From an uncultured Gammaproteobacteria bacterium (lineage in GTDB: Bacteria > Patescibacteriota > Microgenomatia > UBA10105 > UBA927), in contig CAZVTT010000001.1 in NCBI GenBank assembly GCA_964629685.1, positions 81,877 to 145,876 on the forward strand: a stretch of DNA of 64,000 nucleotides, in the 5' to 3' direction. The translations under genes and the position numbers were made by a program. Every line of letters starts with the position of its first letter. The first letter of the stretch is position 1. Below the pieces are notes generated by a model, which ran no database searches, was not told the origin of the DNA, and saw only the letters and a list, made by a program, of their open reading frames with translations. Positions 1 to 10,050 of the stretch are shown here, piece by piece.

Positions 1-879
1 GGCATCCCGCAGTCCGGCAGAACCGAACACATGAATTAATCTCCCCGCCGCATGCTGTTTCATTTCCGGCAATATTTTTGCAAAAGCGTTCGGTGTGTGT
101 GCAAAATCAATTACCACGGTAAAGTCTTTATCGTAAATAACCTCTTGCCTTCCGGGAGGAGGAGTAAATGATTCTATCGCAGAACGGATACTCCGATCGG
201 GTATTCCCAACTGTTGTGCCACTAGCGTGGCGGCCAAACTATTTAAAATATTAAATTCACCGAATAGTTTGGTTTTAATCGGAAACAGTTTTGGCGTGAG
301 GGTTGCTTCATGGTGCACGGCGTATGTAAGTACTTTCTTACCGTCTAATGCCGGACGGACTAATTGATACGAAGCATCATCACGATTAATAATACAAACC
401 GGTGCAGTCAAAAGCAGGCGTAGTTTTGCAGCCACATAGGCACGGAACGTCCGATGATAATCCAGGTGTTCATGCGTTATATTTGTCAGAACACCGATTT
501 GATACTCCACTCCCTGTACCCGGTATTGATCTAGCGCGTGTGAGGTAGTTTCGAGAATTACAAATTCGTTTCCGGCATCAACAGCTTTCCGCAGATATCG
601 CTGCACTGCAAACGCAGAAGGTGTTGTAACATGAAACCCGATGTCATACAGCGTATCGCCTATGTATGCGCCAACCGATGTAATCATGGCCACTTCTTTT
701 CCGGCCCGCTTTAATATGTGGTATATCAGACTGGTGGTAGTTGTCTTACCGTCCGTACCCGTAACGCCTATCACAAAAATATGACGCGACGGATTTCGGT
801 ACAGTACATTAGCCAATATGGCTTCCACGTAATGCCCGACATTTTTTAGTCTTCTGATAATTGATGATTTCGCTTCCAT
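1..879 (-). CDS. murE: UDP-N-acetylmuramoyl-tripeptide synthetase (MurE-type Mur ligase), runs off the window edge
   Basis: Manual translation from ATG at 879: MEAKSSIIRRLKNVGHYVEAILANVLYRNPSRHIFVIGVTGTDGKTTT..., with LETTSHALDQ, TNITHEHLDYH and DFAHTP motifs; follows murD. Confidence 0.9.
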   Translation of the reverse strand, partial: MEAKSSIIRRLKNVGHYVEAILANVLYRNPSRHIFVIGVTGTDGKTTTTSLIYHILKRAGKEVAMITSVGAYIGDTLYDIGFHVTTPSAFAVQRYLRKAVDAGNEFVILETTSHALDQYRVQGVEYQIGVLTNITHEHLDYHRTFRAYVAAKLRLLLTAPVCIINRDDASYQLVRPALDGKKVLTYAVHHEATLTPKLFPIKTKLFGEFNILNSLAATLVAQQLGIPDRSIRSAIESFTPPPGRQEVIYDKDFTVVIDFAHTPNAFAKILPEMKQHAAGRLIHVFGSAGLRDA

Positions 880-882
880 ACG

Positions 883-2271
883 TTATTGTCGTAGCCCTAG
901 GACGTGCTGTTTAAACTGTTCCCCTCTGTCTTTATAATTTTTAAACATATCGAAACTGGCACAGGCGGGAGAGAGAATCACAACATCACCACTTCGCGCT
1001 ATCTGTTTTGCTGCGGCGACTATTTCGGACATCGAACGACAGTTTTCAATAATTTCAAACGGATAGTTTTTCATAGGAATACTGGCTTTTATTCTGGGCC
1101 ATTCCGCCCCTATTCCGATAATTGCCCGGAGGGATTGCCCGGCAGCTATCACTTTACCCAATTCGGAAAAATCACTATTTTTACTTGATCCACCCAAAAT
1201 AACTATTTTTGGTTCCTGAAATGCGGCAATTGCCGCGATTGCTGTTTCCGGTGTAGTGGAAAACGAATCATCGTAATAGCGTACTCCTTTTATCTGTTTC
1301 ACAAACTCAAGTCTGTGAGTAAGGCCTTTAAACGTTCGCAAAACGTGCCGTATTCTATCTGAAGTAACCCCGGCAACTTTTGCGGCACACACCGCCGCAG
1401 CTGCGTTTTCCCAATTATGCTTCCCCGGAATAAATACTTCCCCCACCGGCAGGATGGCCTCCCTGGCGTTTCCGTCAGTAAATATCAAAACATTATTCTC
1501 CACAAAGCATCCCTGTTTTACCGAATCCTTCATACTCACTGTATAAAGTTGGCTTCTGACATGTGTACTAATCACACGCGAATTTTTATAATCACTATTT
1601 ATGACTGCAAAATCCGACGGTTGCTGATGTTGAATTACCTGGGACTTCGCCAGTACATATTCCTCCGCCGTTGCATGATAATCCTGGTGTTCAACCGTAG
1701 CCATCAACACAACGGCTATATGCGGCGATGTTTCCAAATCCATCAATTGAAAACTGGATAGCTCCAGTACCACCCAATCTCCCTGCTTTACTTTATCCAG
1801 AAAAGATAATGCCGGAACTCCGATGTTTCCACCCAAGTAGACCTCCCGCCCGGTATTTTCCAGCATTTCTGTAATCAATGATGATGTCGTACCTTTCCCC
1901 TTGGTCCCGGTTATACCGATCACAGGTACCGGACAAAAATCCAAAAAAAGTTGTGTGGCCGAAGTTACCGGTATTCCCTTTTCCCGTGCTTTAACTAAAC
2001 TGGGATGACTTGGTTTTATTCCGGGAGACCGTACAATAACGTCATATCCGGAAAAATCAGGCGTTTCTGCAAACTTCCCCACTATCCCCTGTCTTTCCAA
2101 AAAAGATACGTGCTCTGTGGAAAATGCTGAAGTCGGTCTGTTATCACACACAGTAACTATCCCGCCGTGAGCATGGAGAAATGTTGTAGTAGCTATCCCT
2201 TCAACTCCATATCCGAATACCGCAATTCTTTTTTTCTCAATATCCGCTAGTTTGGGAAATACATGCTTCAT
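883..2271 (-). CDS. murD: UDP-N-acetylmuramoyl-L-alanine--D-glutamate ligase
   Basis: GITGTKGKGTT, GGNIG, ELSSFQL, HRLE, LSPACASFDMFKNYKDRG motifs; start placed at MKHVFP. Confidence 0.95.
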   Translation of the reverse strand: MKHVFPKLADIEKKRIAVFGYGVEGIATTTFLHAHGGIVTVCDNRPTSAFSTEHVSFLERQGIVGKFAETPDFSGYDVIVRSPGIKPSHPSLVKAREKGIPVTSATQLFLDFCPVPVIGITGTKGKGTTSSLITEMLENTGREVYLGGNIGVPALSFLDKVKQGDWVVLELSSFQLMDLETSPHIAVVLMATVEHQDYHATAEEYVLAKSQVIQHQQPSDFAVINSDYKNSRVISTHVRSQLYTVSMKDSVKQGCFVENNVLIFTDGNAREAILPVGEVFIPGKHNWENAAAAVCAAKVAGVTSDRIRHVLRTFKGLTHRLEFVKQIKGVRYYDDSFSTTPETAIAAIAAFQEPKIVILGGSSKNSDFSELGKVIAAGQSLRAIIGIGAEWPRIKASIPMKNYPFEIIENCRSMSEIVAAAKQIARSGDVVILSPACASFDMFKNYKDRGEQFKQHVLGLRQ

Positions 2272-2315
2272 AATACTGCAGCCATCATACCGCACTTATA
2301 GTCCAAACGGAACAC

Positions 2316-3290
2316 TTACCGACCGGGAAGCAGAAACGGTACTGACCTGGGAATTACCTGAACTGTTGCTCTGGACACGAACTCATCACCCACTTCCGCA
2401 TCAACATGCCAGACTGCTCCTTCGGGAAAATGGAATACAACATCTGAAGTTTCCAGCTGTGGTATGCTCTGCGCTTGTGCATTTCCCAGCGAAAGCGCAG
2501 TGTATCCAAGCGCCAAGCGGACGAGACCCTCTCCGGCGATACCGGACGGGACCATAAAGACCGTCATCAATCCATCCGTCAGTGTTCTTCCCGTCAGTTT
2601 CTTCCCCAATATATTCGGTCCGTTCACCGTTTCGATTAACAGTGTGGGTCGCTCATAAATCGTCGCTCCGTTCTGTTCCACCCGTACTTCCTGTGGTCGC
2701 ATTTTATGTAAACTCCGCTGCGCTGCTATGACCACTCTGTCAATGATCCGCGAAAATCTGGAACGTACCTTTTCGTATTCCGATAAAAATGGCGGAACAC
2801 CGATAAATCCGAATTCAATAAGTCCGGTTCTGGATAAAACAGACCCATCCGCCATGGTTATCTCAGCATGCTGTTGATCAATGGAGATACTTTGTTGTTG
2901 CTGGAACGCACGCAGAACGGATGATTCTTTTGGCGGTATGCCGAGTAATCGTGAATTAACATTTATGGCACCGCCAACCACATGAGCCAGTACTATTTTG
3001 CCTGCACTTTTATCCGCTGTGGACATATCTATCACCTGTTGCCATACACGATTCACCGTTCCGTCACCACCATACGTTAAGAGAACGGTATCACCGTCCC
3101 GCCGTAATGCAGCTGAGACCTCCCGCTGTATGAACAGATTCGGATCGCCCGCAGAGACGGATGAACCGATTTCTATAATGGGACCTACGGGTAAAGTTCT
3201 CTCCAATTCATCAACGGTCTGACTAAACCAAGCAGCATCTACCCTGGTTGATTTCACATTAGCGATAGGTATGACATGTTCAATATTCAT
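2316..3290 (-). CDS. Diacylglycerol-kinase-family (YegS/BmrU-like) protein, divergent
   Basis: GGDGT ATP motif; GAINVNSRLLGIP resembles GTxNxxAxxLGIP; HVDAE resembles DGE. Confidence 0.7.
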   Translation of the reverse strand: MNIEHVIPIANVKSTRVDAAWFSQTVDELERTLPVGPIIEIGSSVSAGDPNLFIQREVSAALRRDGDTVLLTYGGDGTVNRVWQQVIDMSTADKSAGKIVLAHVVGGAINVNSRLLGIPPKESSVLRAFQQQQSISIDQQHAEITMADGSVLSRTGLIEFGFIGVPPFLSEYEKVRSRFSRIIDRVVIAAQRSLHKMRPQEVRVEQNGATIYERPTLLIETVNGPNILGKKLTGRTLTDGLMTVFMVPSGIAGEGLVRLALGYTALSLGNAQAQSIPQLETSDVVFHFPEGAVWHVDAEVGDEFVSRATVQVIPRSVPFLLPGR

Positions 3291-3358
3291 ATATCAACAA
3301 TGACGTTTACACAGGCAGGTATACGAGGATGTATCAGTTGGTGTATGGAATCAAAAGA

Positions 3359-4273
3359 CTAGGGCAGTACATTCAATAAACGATGCATAGTAATCGGAAT
3401 CTGATTGGCCAAATCTGTAGCATTAAAAACCAGTCCCACTGTTTTATATAAGTCGTCTCCTGATTGTTTATTTATAAAACTCCCACACAAAGTCGCCAGC
3501 AAGGGATCATTTTTACAGGCAAGTCCCGAAATTAGTCCGGCCAGCACATCTCCTGTCCCACCCTTGGTCATACCGGCATTCCCGCCGGTAATTTCCCAAA
3601 CGTCTTTCCCGTCAGAAACGTAATCAGACTCACCCTTAACCAACAAAATACACGTATACTTGGCTGCAAAACACTTAACCTGTTCAGGCAATAAAAATAC
3701 CTCAGCATCCCGTGGTTCAATGTGTACATGCCGTTTCCACAAGCCCTCAAATTCACCATGATGCGGTGTTAAAATCGCACGGGATGGAATGTCATTCACA
3801 TTTAACACTTGTAATGCTCCGGCATCCAACACCCATTGTTTCTGCGGATACCGTTTAAGGAGCATATGCGTCAATGCGACAGTCTGACTTGATTCCTCAG
3901 GTAGCTGGTCGATTTGGGTAATGTCCGTAAACTCCTCAGGAGTTACCTGTAACAACTGGTTGTCCGGTCTTACCATTCCCGGTCCGATAAGCACGCAATC
4001 ATCTTCCTGAATATACGACTCGACATCTCGTCTATGAATGACTATGCCATTTCTGAATTCTTCTTTCATCCGTAAAATAAGTTCATTATTTTCCGGAACA
4101 GACGCATAGTGAACCAGATCTACTAATCGCGAAGCCACGGTAAGTGACCAGATACTGGCAGCATGGAACAAATGTGATCCGCCAATAATCAGCAATCGTC
4201 CGTTGTTGCCTTTATGTGAAGATCTGGCGGGAACGTACAGTCGTTGTAGGTCTTGCCGGGTTACGGTATTCAT
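3359..4273 (-). CDS. nnrD: ADP-dependent NAD(P)H-hydrate dehydratase (standalone YjeF C-domain)
   Basis: SHKGNNG, IGPG, VLDAGAL, LTPHHGEF, GGTGDVLAG motifs. Confidence 0.9.
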   Translation of the reverse strand: MNTVTRQDLQRLYVPARSSHKGNNGRLLIIGGSHLFHAASIWSLTVASRLVDLVHYASVPENNELILRMKEEFRNGIVIHRRDVESYIQEDDCVLIGPGMVRPDNQLLQVTPEEFTDITQIDQLPEESSQTVALTHMLLKRYPQKQWVLDAGALQVLNVNDIPSRAILTPHHGEFEGLWKRHVHIEPRDAEVFLLPEQVKCFAAKYTCILLVKGESDYVSDGKDVWEITGGNAGMTKGGTGDVLAGLISGLACKNDPLLATLCGSFINKQSGDDLYKTVGLVFNATDLANQIPITMHRLLNVLP

Positions 4274-4282
4274 AGTATGCGT

Positions 4283-5404
4283 CTATATTGTATCTGATCG
4301 GTCCGGATGCTCCAAGGGCAGATGCAGTACATCCACTTTCGTATCGGGAATTCGCCTTATCATTTCCACCGTTTCCGGGTGAGCGGAAGTTATTACCGTT
4401 TGTTGGTGCTTAACTACATCCAACACCAATTGCTGATGCACCTCATCTAATTCCGAAAAAATATCATCCAGCAATAAAATGGGTCTGTCCCCCAACCGCT
4501 CCTGAATAAAAGAAAGCTCAGTCAGTTTCAACCAGAGCACTGCCAAACGTTGTTCGCCTCGCGACCCAAAACTCGCTAAATCCACCCAAACCGCTTCCGT
4601 ACTTTCTTTACGTTTAGCGTCATTGTCGTAGTTTCGCTGCTTCTGAAATATGAGATCATCCCGGTGCGGCCCTACCAAAGTAACTTTTGCTCCTATTTCC
4701 GCATCCGCATACTGTTCCAGCCTGGATTCGGAAATCACACTTTTGTCATAGATGATATGAAAATCAAAATCTGATGAAGGAAATTGATTGACGTAATCTA
4801 TAAACGCAGCCCGGGCATCCGTCAAATACCCACCGGCTTTAATTAATAATTGATTCCAAAATATAAGTTGACTCCGGGAGGCAAGTCCTTCATTAATCCG
4901 TTCCAGCAATTTGTTCCGTTGCCGCACTCCCCGTTCGTATGATAATAACGTCCGTCTGTATTCCCGGTCTACCTGTACAAGCACTGCGTTAAGGTAATTC
5001 CGCCGGATACTGGGGCTATCGGTAATCAGTTCCAAGTCTTCGGGCCAAAAAAGTACAGCCCGCACCCTACCCAACGCATCATACATACGGCGGGGTACGC
5101 CGTTTACCAAATACTTTTTCAACGCCGTCCTGCGTCCGCCCACATTTCCAGCCGTAACCACTATCTCAACTTCATCTTCACCTGTTAATCCTTTAATTCT
5201 GCCTACTTCCTCATCCCAGCGGAGTATTTCGTTATCCCGCTTCGCGCGGAAACTTTTACCGGTAGCAAGCGCATACATTGCTTCCAGTAAATTCGTTTTT
5301 CCAATGGCATTATGCCCGACAATCACGGTTATATACGGAGAAAGTACTATCCTGGCTTTTGGATACGTTCGGATATTCGTTAAGTGTAATTCAGACAGTA
5401 CCAT
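4283..5404 (-). CDS. recF: DNA replication/repair protein RecF
   Basis: Walker A GHNAIGKTNLLEA, GPHRDD, GSRGEQR, LLLDDIFSELD. Confidence 0.95.
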   Translation of the reverse strand: MVLSELHLTNIRTYPKARIVLSPYITVIVGHNAIGKTNLLEAMYALATGKSFRAKRDNEILRWDEEVGRIKGLTGEDEVEIVVTAGNVGGRRTALKKYLVNGVPRRMYDALGRVRAVLFWPEDLELITDSPSIRRNYLNAVLVQVDREYRRTLLSYERGVRQRNKLLERINEGLASRSQLIFWNQLLIKAGGYLTDARAAFIDYVNQFPSSDFDFHIIYDKSVISESRLEQYADAEIGAKVTLVGPHRDDLIFQKQRNYDNDAKRKESTEAVWVDLASFGSRGEQRLAVLWLKLTELSFIQERLGDRPILLLDDIFSELDEVHQQLVLDVVKHQQTVITSAHPETVEMIRRIPDTKVDVLHLPLEHPDRSDTI

Positions 5405-5450
5405 GACGGCATTATACCTTTAGCCGAAAGAAGTTACATTCCGGAAGCCA

Positions 5451-6152
5451 TTAAGAAATTATAGTACCGGTAAACGGTTTACCGTCAAGCGCGTCGGCCA
5501 AATTGGGAAGATTTTTCCCGTTCAGTATTTTCACGGTAATGCCGAGTTCATCCGCCAATCTGGAAGCGATGGGATCAAACGGCAAATTCATTCCGGGAAT
5601 CCATTTTTCTCCGGTCATGGCTCGGTAATCCTTCCAGGTAGAAGATGTAAGGGGTTTTGCGTCGGGGAATTTTCTGGGGTCTTTGTCGTATACTTGGTCG
5701 ATGTTTGTCAGATTTATGACTGTGGTAATTCCGTAATCCTGAGCTAGTGTTACCGCACAATAGTCAGTACTCCATCCCGGCTTCCAACCTGCCGCAATGG
5801 CGAGCGGTGCGTCTATTTTTAAAATAATTTCATAGTGTTTGATCACTCTGGGATCTGCTATATCACGGAAAATTGTCCTGACCATTTGTGCGTTTAATCT
5901 GGTAGCGTGAATTCCCAACCAATCCAGATCTACATCTTCAATGATACTGCCGCGAACCGTACGGGCTGCTTCCTGATATTGCCGCGTGGTAGCTCCCCCA
6001 CCGACAACTACAAAAAATCTCCTTTTTTTGGAGGAGATTTGATCACGGATGAATGTGTTTAAATCGTTAAGGAACTGGGTATCAATACCAGTAGGAGGTA
6101 CTACGAGCGACCCGCCGAGTGACAGGACAAATGTATCTTTCCCCAAACTCAT
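5451..6152 (-). CDS. pyrH: UMP kinase (archaeal/CPR type)
   Basis: LSLGGS, VVGGG, DWLGIHATRLNA, PGWSTD, VYDKDP, PFDP motifs. Confidence 0.9.
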   Translation of the reverse strand: MSLGKDTFVLSLGGSLVVPPTGIDTQFLNDLNTFIRDQISSKKRRFFVVVGGGATTRQYQEAARTVRGSIIEDVDLDWLGIHATRLNAQMVRTIFRDIADPRVIKHYEIILKIDAPLAIAAGWKPGWSTDYCAVTLAQDYGITTVINLTNIDQVYDKDPRKFPDAKPLTSSTWKDYRAMTGEKWIPGMNLPFDPIASRLADELGITVKILNGKNLPNLADALDGKPFTGTIIS

Positions 6153-6200
6153 AATAAAGACGGAGGGCAACAGACGTTTAAGCCTTTACGCACCTTCGTA

Positions 6201-6228
6201 ATAGTATCAGAAATCGTTAGAATGTCAA
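6201..6228 (-). promoter_or_regulatory. sigma70-type promoter for pyrH
   Basis: Minus strand TTGACA-N16-TACTAT with TG extension. Confidence 0.55.
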
Positions 6229-6235
6229 ACAAATG

Positions 6236-8377
6236 TCAGAAATCCTTCATCTGCCTGTACTTTTTAAACTTTTCGATTATTGTGGTACACACACGCATTA
6301 AAACCCCGGGACCAGCACCTACTTTTTTATCAATAAGCTCATAATCTTCCAGCGTAAACGACTCTAGTGCTTCTATGGTAGAGGCTCCCGACAGTCTGGG
6401 TAACGAATGCAGGAGTATAACGACAGAGTCGGTTAATTCTGATGGCTTAACATTTGATCCACCGATCATATCCTGAAACTCCGGATCAGCGGCTAAATCC
6501 TGCAACGATTGACGCTGTGATCTTGGCAGTACGGTATACACATCTACTGGAACGATTCTCCCCTGTCGGGAAACCCGGGATACTGGATGTCGCTTAATCA
6601 TACCCAACACTTTTAAATCCAAAAACAGCTGCTTAAATTCATACAATTTATTAACGGAAAGCGGATATTCGTTGTATAAACGATCAAGTTCCAGCGCTGT
6701 TAAACCTGCCGGATAGCGCTGCATCAACATATAAATCGCTGCCGCTCCCGTCCATCGGCTGTCGGATAATTCGACGGTATGGTTGTATACCTCCCCCGGA
6801 ACGCGTGCCTGTGTAGCGGCATAATACTCCTGCTGCAGGAATGTTCCTTCCGCTTGTTTCCAAATCTGCGATTTAGCCAAATTCAATGTCCGTTCTTCCT
6901 GATCCCCGAATTCGTCAGGCTGCCATAATTCCACGAACAATGTCCATTCGTTAAATTCATCCGAGCGGGAAACAACTCCCAAGTCCCTAAGTGCCCTGAT
7001 AAATCGCTGTACGCCGTCAGTTTGTGGTGCAATGGTATGATTTTTTCCGTTAATATAAATATCCCGTTGCCTGGTCACAAACTCTATATCCCGGTCTTCC
7101 ACACTTCCGGTCCGGTACGGTTCAACCACTAAGTGACGTGATGCCAGCACTGTTTCCCATTGTTCCCTTGTTACGTGCGATAGACCGGGAATGAGTGTGG
7201 CCAAACCGCCGTCACGTAGAGCCTGAATCGTAATATACGGATCGATTGTCAAACATAATGCTAATTCCCGTCTGGGAATGGTTAACGGATCGTTCAGCGT
7301 AGCCATGGCATCCAATAATCCGCGGGTTCGTGCCCGGAAAGAAAACAGCGTCCCCACTTCATACTGTGGCAACAGCATACCCAATTGAGGCAGAGTTAGT
7401 CGTCCTTCAGATACCGGAATATCCCTTACCGTATGCAGAAGATTCATACGCAACGAACGCAGTGCTATCTCCAATACATCCCCGGGTCTGTTGGATTCCG
7501 TCATTATTTCATCTTGCCCCTGCATCGCCGCAATAGCATCCTGCCGCAATGCATACCGAATTGTGGGATGTATTGAACCTCCTTGTTCAACCGTTAATTC
7601 TGCCACGCAAATATCCTGTTTCAGAGATGTTTTTCCCTGCCGTTTATCAGATTCGACGGCATTTCCGGTAGTCGGCAGTTCACCGATATCTATATGAAAA
7701 CCGCGCTTACCGGTATTCTTATCGATAAAAGAAATCGTCATCATCTGCCGGGAAGGATTTGTCGGAACCGGCCCCTCATACAATTCCATGTCCCAGTCCG
7801 CATATGTAGGATGTTCAAAACGCACGGTTCTCATTTCGTGATGACCGTTATTGGGAATACCTTTGGCAGGAGCTCTGGTGACTGCGTCAGTCGGAACTCC
7901 ATATAACGCGATAGCACGATCAAACATTAGAGGAATAGAACGGGCCGGACCGAAAATTTTGATATCAATATCCGCGGCGGCATCCGCAGATAGACTCCGG
8001 ATTAAACGCATTTCTTCGGATTCAATGGGAAAAACACCTTCAAGTTGATCCAGTTCCTGTTGTAAACTTCGGCTATACTCCCAAAAGCGTTCGGGAACGC
8101 CGTGTGCCATACATTTGGCTACACTCCCGCTTACTTCCACATGGGTTACTTCTCCTACCGCAAAAACCGAATTTACAAGCGCGGTTTGTACTAAATCCGG
8201 GATATCAGCATACTGATCTGGCCCGGCAGCCATATACCCCGCTAAGAAATGCTGCTCAAGGAAATCCCGCAACGTACCTTCCCGCACTATCTCTGCCGGT
8301 TCCAATCGTTCACTATCGTCATCATCTGTCGGAAGATAATTTCTATATCTTCCGAGGTATTGTTCGTACTGTGTCAT
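6236..8377 (-). CDS. Divergent class II nucleotidyltransferase (CCA-adding/poly(A) polymerase-like) with possible C-terminal winged helix
   Basis: VSGSVA...DIDI, HIDI, EIALRSLRM (cf. DPLRxLRxxRF), RRELALCL...LRDGGLATLIPGL (cf. REExxKLL..L...GLL..IxPEL) in the expected order. Confidence 0.5.
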   Translation of the reverse strand: MTQYEQYLGRYRNYLPTDDDDSERLEPAEIVREGTLRDFLEQHFLAGYMAAGPDQYADIPDLVQTALVNSVFAVGEVTHVEVSGSVAKCMAHGVPERFWEYSRSLQQELDQLEGVFPIESEEMRLIRSLSADAAADIDIKIFGPARSIPLMFDRAIALYGVPTDAVTRAPAKGIPNNGHHEMRTVRFEHPTYADWDMELYEGPVPTNPSRQMMTISFIDKNTGKRGFHIDIGELPTTGNAVESDKRQGKTSLKQDICVAELTVEQGGSIHPTIRYALRQDAIAAMQGQDEIMTESNRPGDVLEIALRSLRMNLLHTVRDIPVSEGRLTLPQLGMLLPQYEVGTLFSFRARTRGLLDAMATLNDPLTIPRRELALCLTIDPYITIQALRDGGLATLIPGLSHVTREQWETVLASRHLVVEPYRTGSVEDRDIEFVTRQRDIYINGKNHTIAPQTDGVQRFIRALRDLGVVSRSDEFNEWTLFVELWQPDEFGDQEERTLNLAKSQIWKQAEGTFLQQEYYAATQARVPGEVYNHTVELSDSRWTGAAAIYMLMQRYPAGLTALELDRLYNEYPLSVNKLYEFKQLFLDLKVLGMIKRHPVSRVSRQGRIVPVDVYTVLPRSQRQSLQDLAADPEFQDMIGGSNVKPSELTDSVVILLHSLPRLSGASTIEALESFTLEDYELIDKKVGAGPGVLMRVCTTIIEKFKKYRQMKDF

Positions 8378-8383
8378 AATATT

Positions 8384-9607
8384 CTATATTTTCAATATAT
8401 AACCTTTTCCGCGTACTGCCTGAAGTACTTTAGGGGAAACGGAAAGTTCAGCGAGTCGCTTGCGGACTCTGGCAATAATCTGATCAATTGCCCAGTCGGA
8501 ATACTGCGCATCGGTGTCTATCGGCCATAACCTGGCTGCCAATTCTTCACGGGTAACAATCGTCCCTTTTCTTTCCAACAGGAGTCGCAGCACTCTGTAT
8601 TCTTTACGGGGAAAAACCTGATCAATGGGTATTTGATTCATAAAAACATGATCGGTATCCATCGTCAGGGCTACTACTCCGGCTGCATGCTGACCGATAT
8701 ATTCCCCTAATACGCCCACTTTAAACGTATTGTCTGCATTTAGCACCCGCATATGCTTAAAATAATTTAAACTTTGTTCTTCTTCTGCCGAAAATCCCTG
8801 TTGGCCACGGGCGAGTTTTAATAAAATTTGTTGTTGATTTTGGGAGAGCAACGAGTATACCGTTTTAATCCTGAATTGCAAACTCTCATTCTCGATTGAC
8901 CACTTTCCATTGTGTGCAATTTGCCGCATTGCGTCCTTCACAAACCAAAAATGTCCTCCACAGCGGGTAATAATTTCCTGTTCCTGAGCAGACGTCAATG
9001 TCAAATTCCATTTGGTTTTTAGGTAGGTAATAAACGCCTGAGTATCCGCATCATCATACAGCGGATAATGAAACACATTCTCCAATAAAAACGTTGAACT
9101 CGGCAACAAAGGAAGGTAAGACGGATGTGTCAGATCCGATTCATAGAACCCAATCGTCGTTATATACGGTGCAAATTCAATTACCAAATAGGCAATATAC
9201 GAAAGAATAGTGTGGTTCGGCGGAATAAGATATTTTTCCATGTCAGGAAGAATGAGTACTAATCTGACATTTCTCTCGTGAAAATATGTCATCCACTCAT
9301 CAAAAGATTTGGGCGGAACACCCAGGCTCGGCATATTAAGCATCCTGGCAATATAATCCTGAATATCCATATGGTCTTCTACCACCGTCAGGCTAAAATC
9401 GACCATTTGGAACATATAGGTAGGACCTTTGCCGAGCGTCTCCTGCAGAAATTGCCTATCCTCCAGCAACTGTTGTAAACGGCGTAATCTGTCCGTTTTC
9501 GGAAAGAAAAGCACGGAGACATTTTCTCCGCGTCCCAACGCCCGCAACCACTGTTGCGCAGCATCACGATATTGAGCGGTACTTACCAGGGGGTAATTAG
9601 CTGCCAT
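8384..9607 (-). CDS. Transcriptional regulator: degenerate STAND/AAA-like N-domain plus C-terminal OmpR/PhoB-type winged helix
   Basis: KEYRVLRLLLERKGTIVTREELAARLW...AIDQIIARVRKRL...VRGKGY; CGGHFW resembles the GxP motif; no intact Walker A. Confidence 0.75.
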   Translation of the reverse strand: MAANYPLVSTAQYRDAAQQWLRALGRGENVSVLFFPKTDRLRRLQQLLEDRQFLQETLGKGPTYMFQMVDFSLTVVEDHMDIQDYIARMLNMPSLGVPPKSFDEWMTYFHERNVRLVLILPDMEKYLIPPNHTILSYIAYLVIEFAPYITTIGFYESDLTHPSYLPLLPSSTFLLENVFHYPLYDDADTQAFITYLKTKWNLTLTSAQEQEIITRCGGHFWFVKDAMRQIAHNGKWSIENESLQFRIKTVYSLLSQNQQQILLKLARGQQGFSAEEEQSLNYFKHMRVLNADNTFKVGVLGEYIGQHAAGVVALTMDTDHVFMNQIPIDQVFPRKEYRVLRLLLERKGTIVTREELAARLWPIDTDAQYSDWAIDQIIARVRKRLAELSVSPKVLQAVRGKGYILKI

Positions 9608-9639
9608 ATTTAGTGGTGAGTATACCACGGTTAAACCTT

Positions 9640-9659
9640 GCTGACAATATTATGTCAGC
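9640..9659. promoter_or_regulatory. Palindromic operator candidate between divergent genes
   Basis: GCTGACA-ATATTA-TGTCAGC perfect 7-bp inverted repeat. Confidence 0.5.
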
Positions 9660-9707
9660 TAATTCGTCAAGCATTATCGGGCTATTTGCTCATAATACAC
9701 TCAATAT

Positions 9708-9905
9708 ATGTCATTTGTATTTACGAATATGAACGCAGATCTCTCGCCATTTTCATCTCAGGAAATATCCCCACCCCCGGGGCACGATGATGATGCTACT
9801 CAGACCTCATCTGAGTTACCGGGAGCACTTAAACAAGACAATTGGACTACAGAGACCATAATAATTAACGGGTTACCGCAGACAATCATCTTTCCCGAGG
9901 GCTAA
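9708..9905 (+). CDS. Small acidic protein of unknown function (65 aa)
   Basis: ORF in an otherwise empty intergenic gap, divergent from the regulator, CATAAT -10 just upstream. Confidence 0.45.
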   Translation: MSFVFTNMNADLSPFSSQEISPPPGHDDDATQTSSELPGALKQDNWTTETIIINGLPQTIIFPEG

Positions 9906-10050
9906 CTTCCCCAGGACGCCCGCGCACCTACACAGCAACAATTAAAGTGATTGTCACGGGAAACCGTTACGAAGGAAGGTTGCGATATAGGCCATGCTGT
10001 CGAAGATAGCGACGCTCACAAGGCGGCAGCATGGCTTCCGCAACAGAAAA

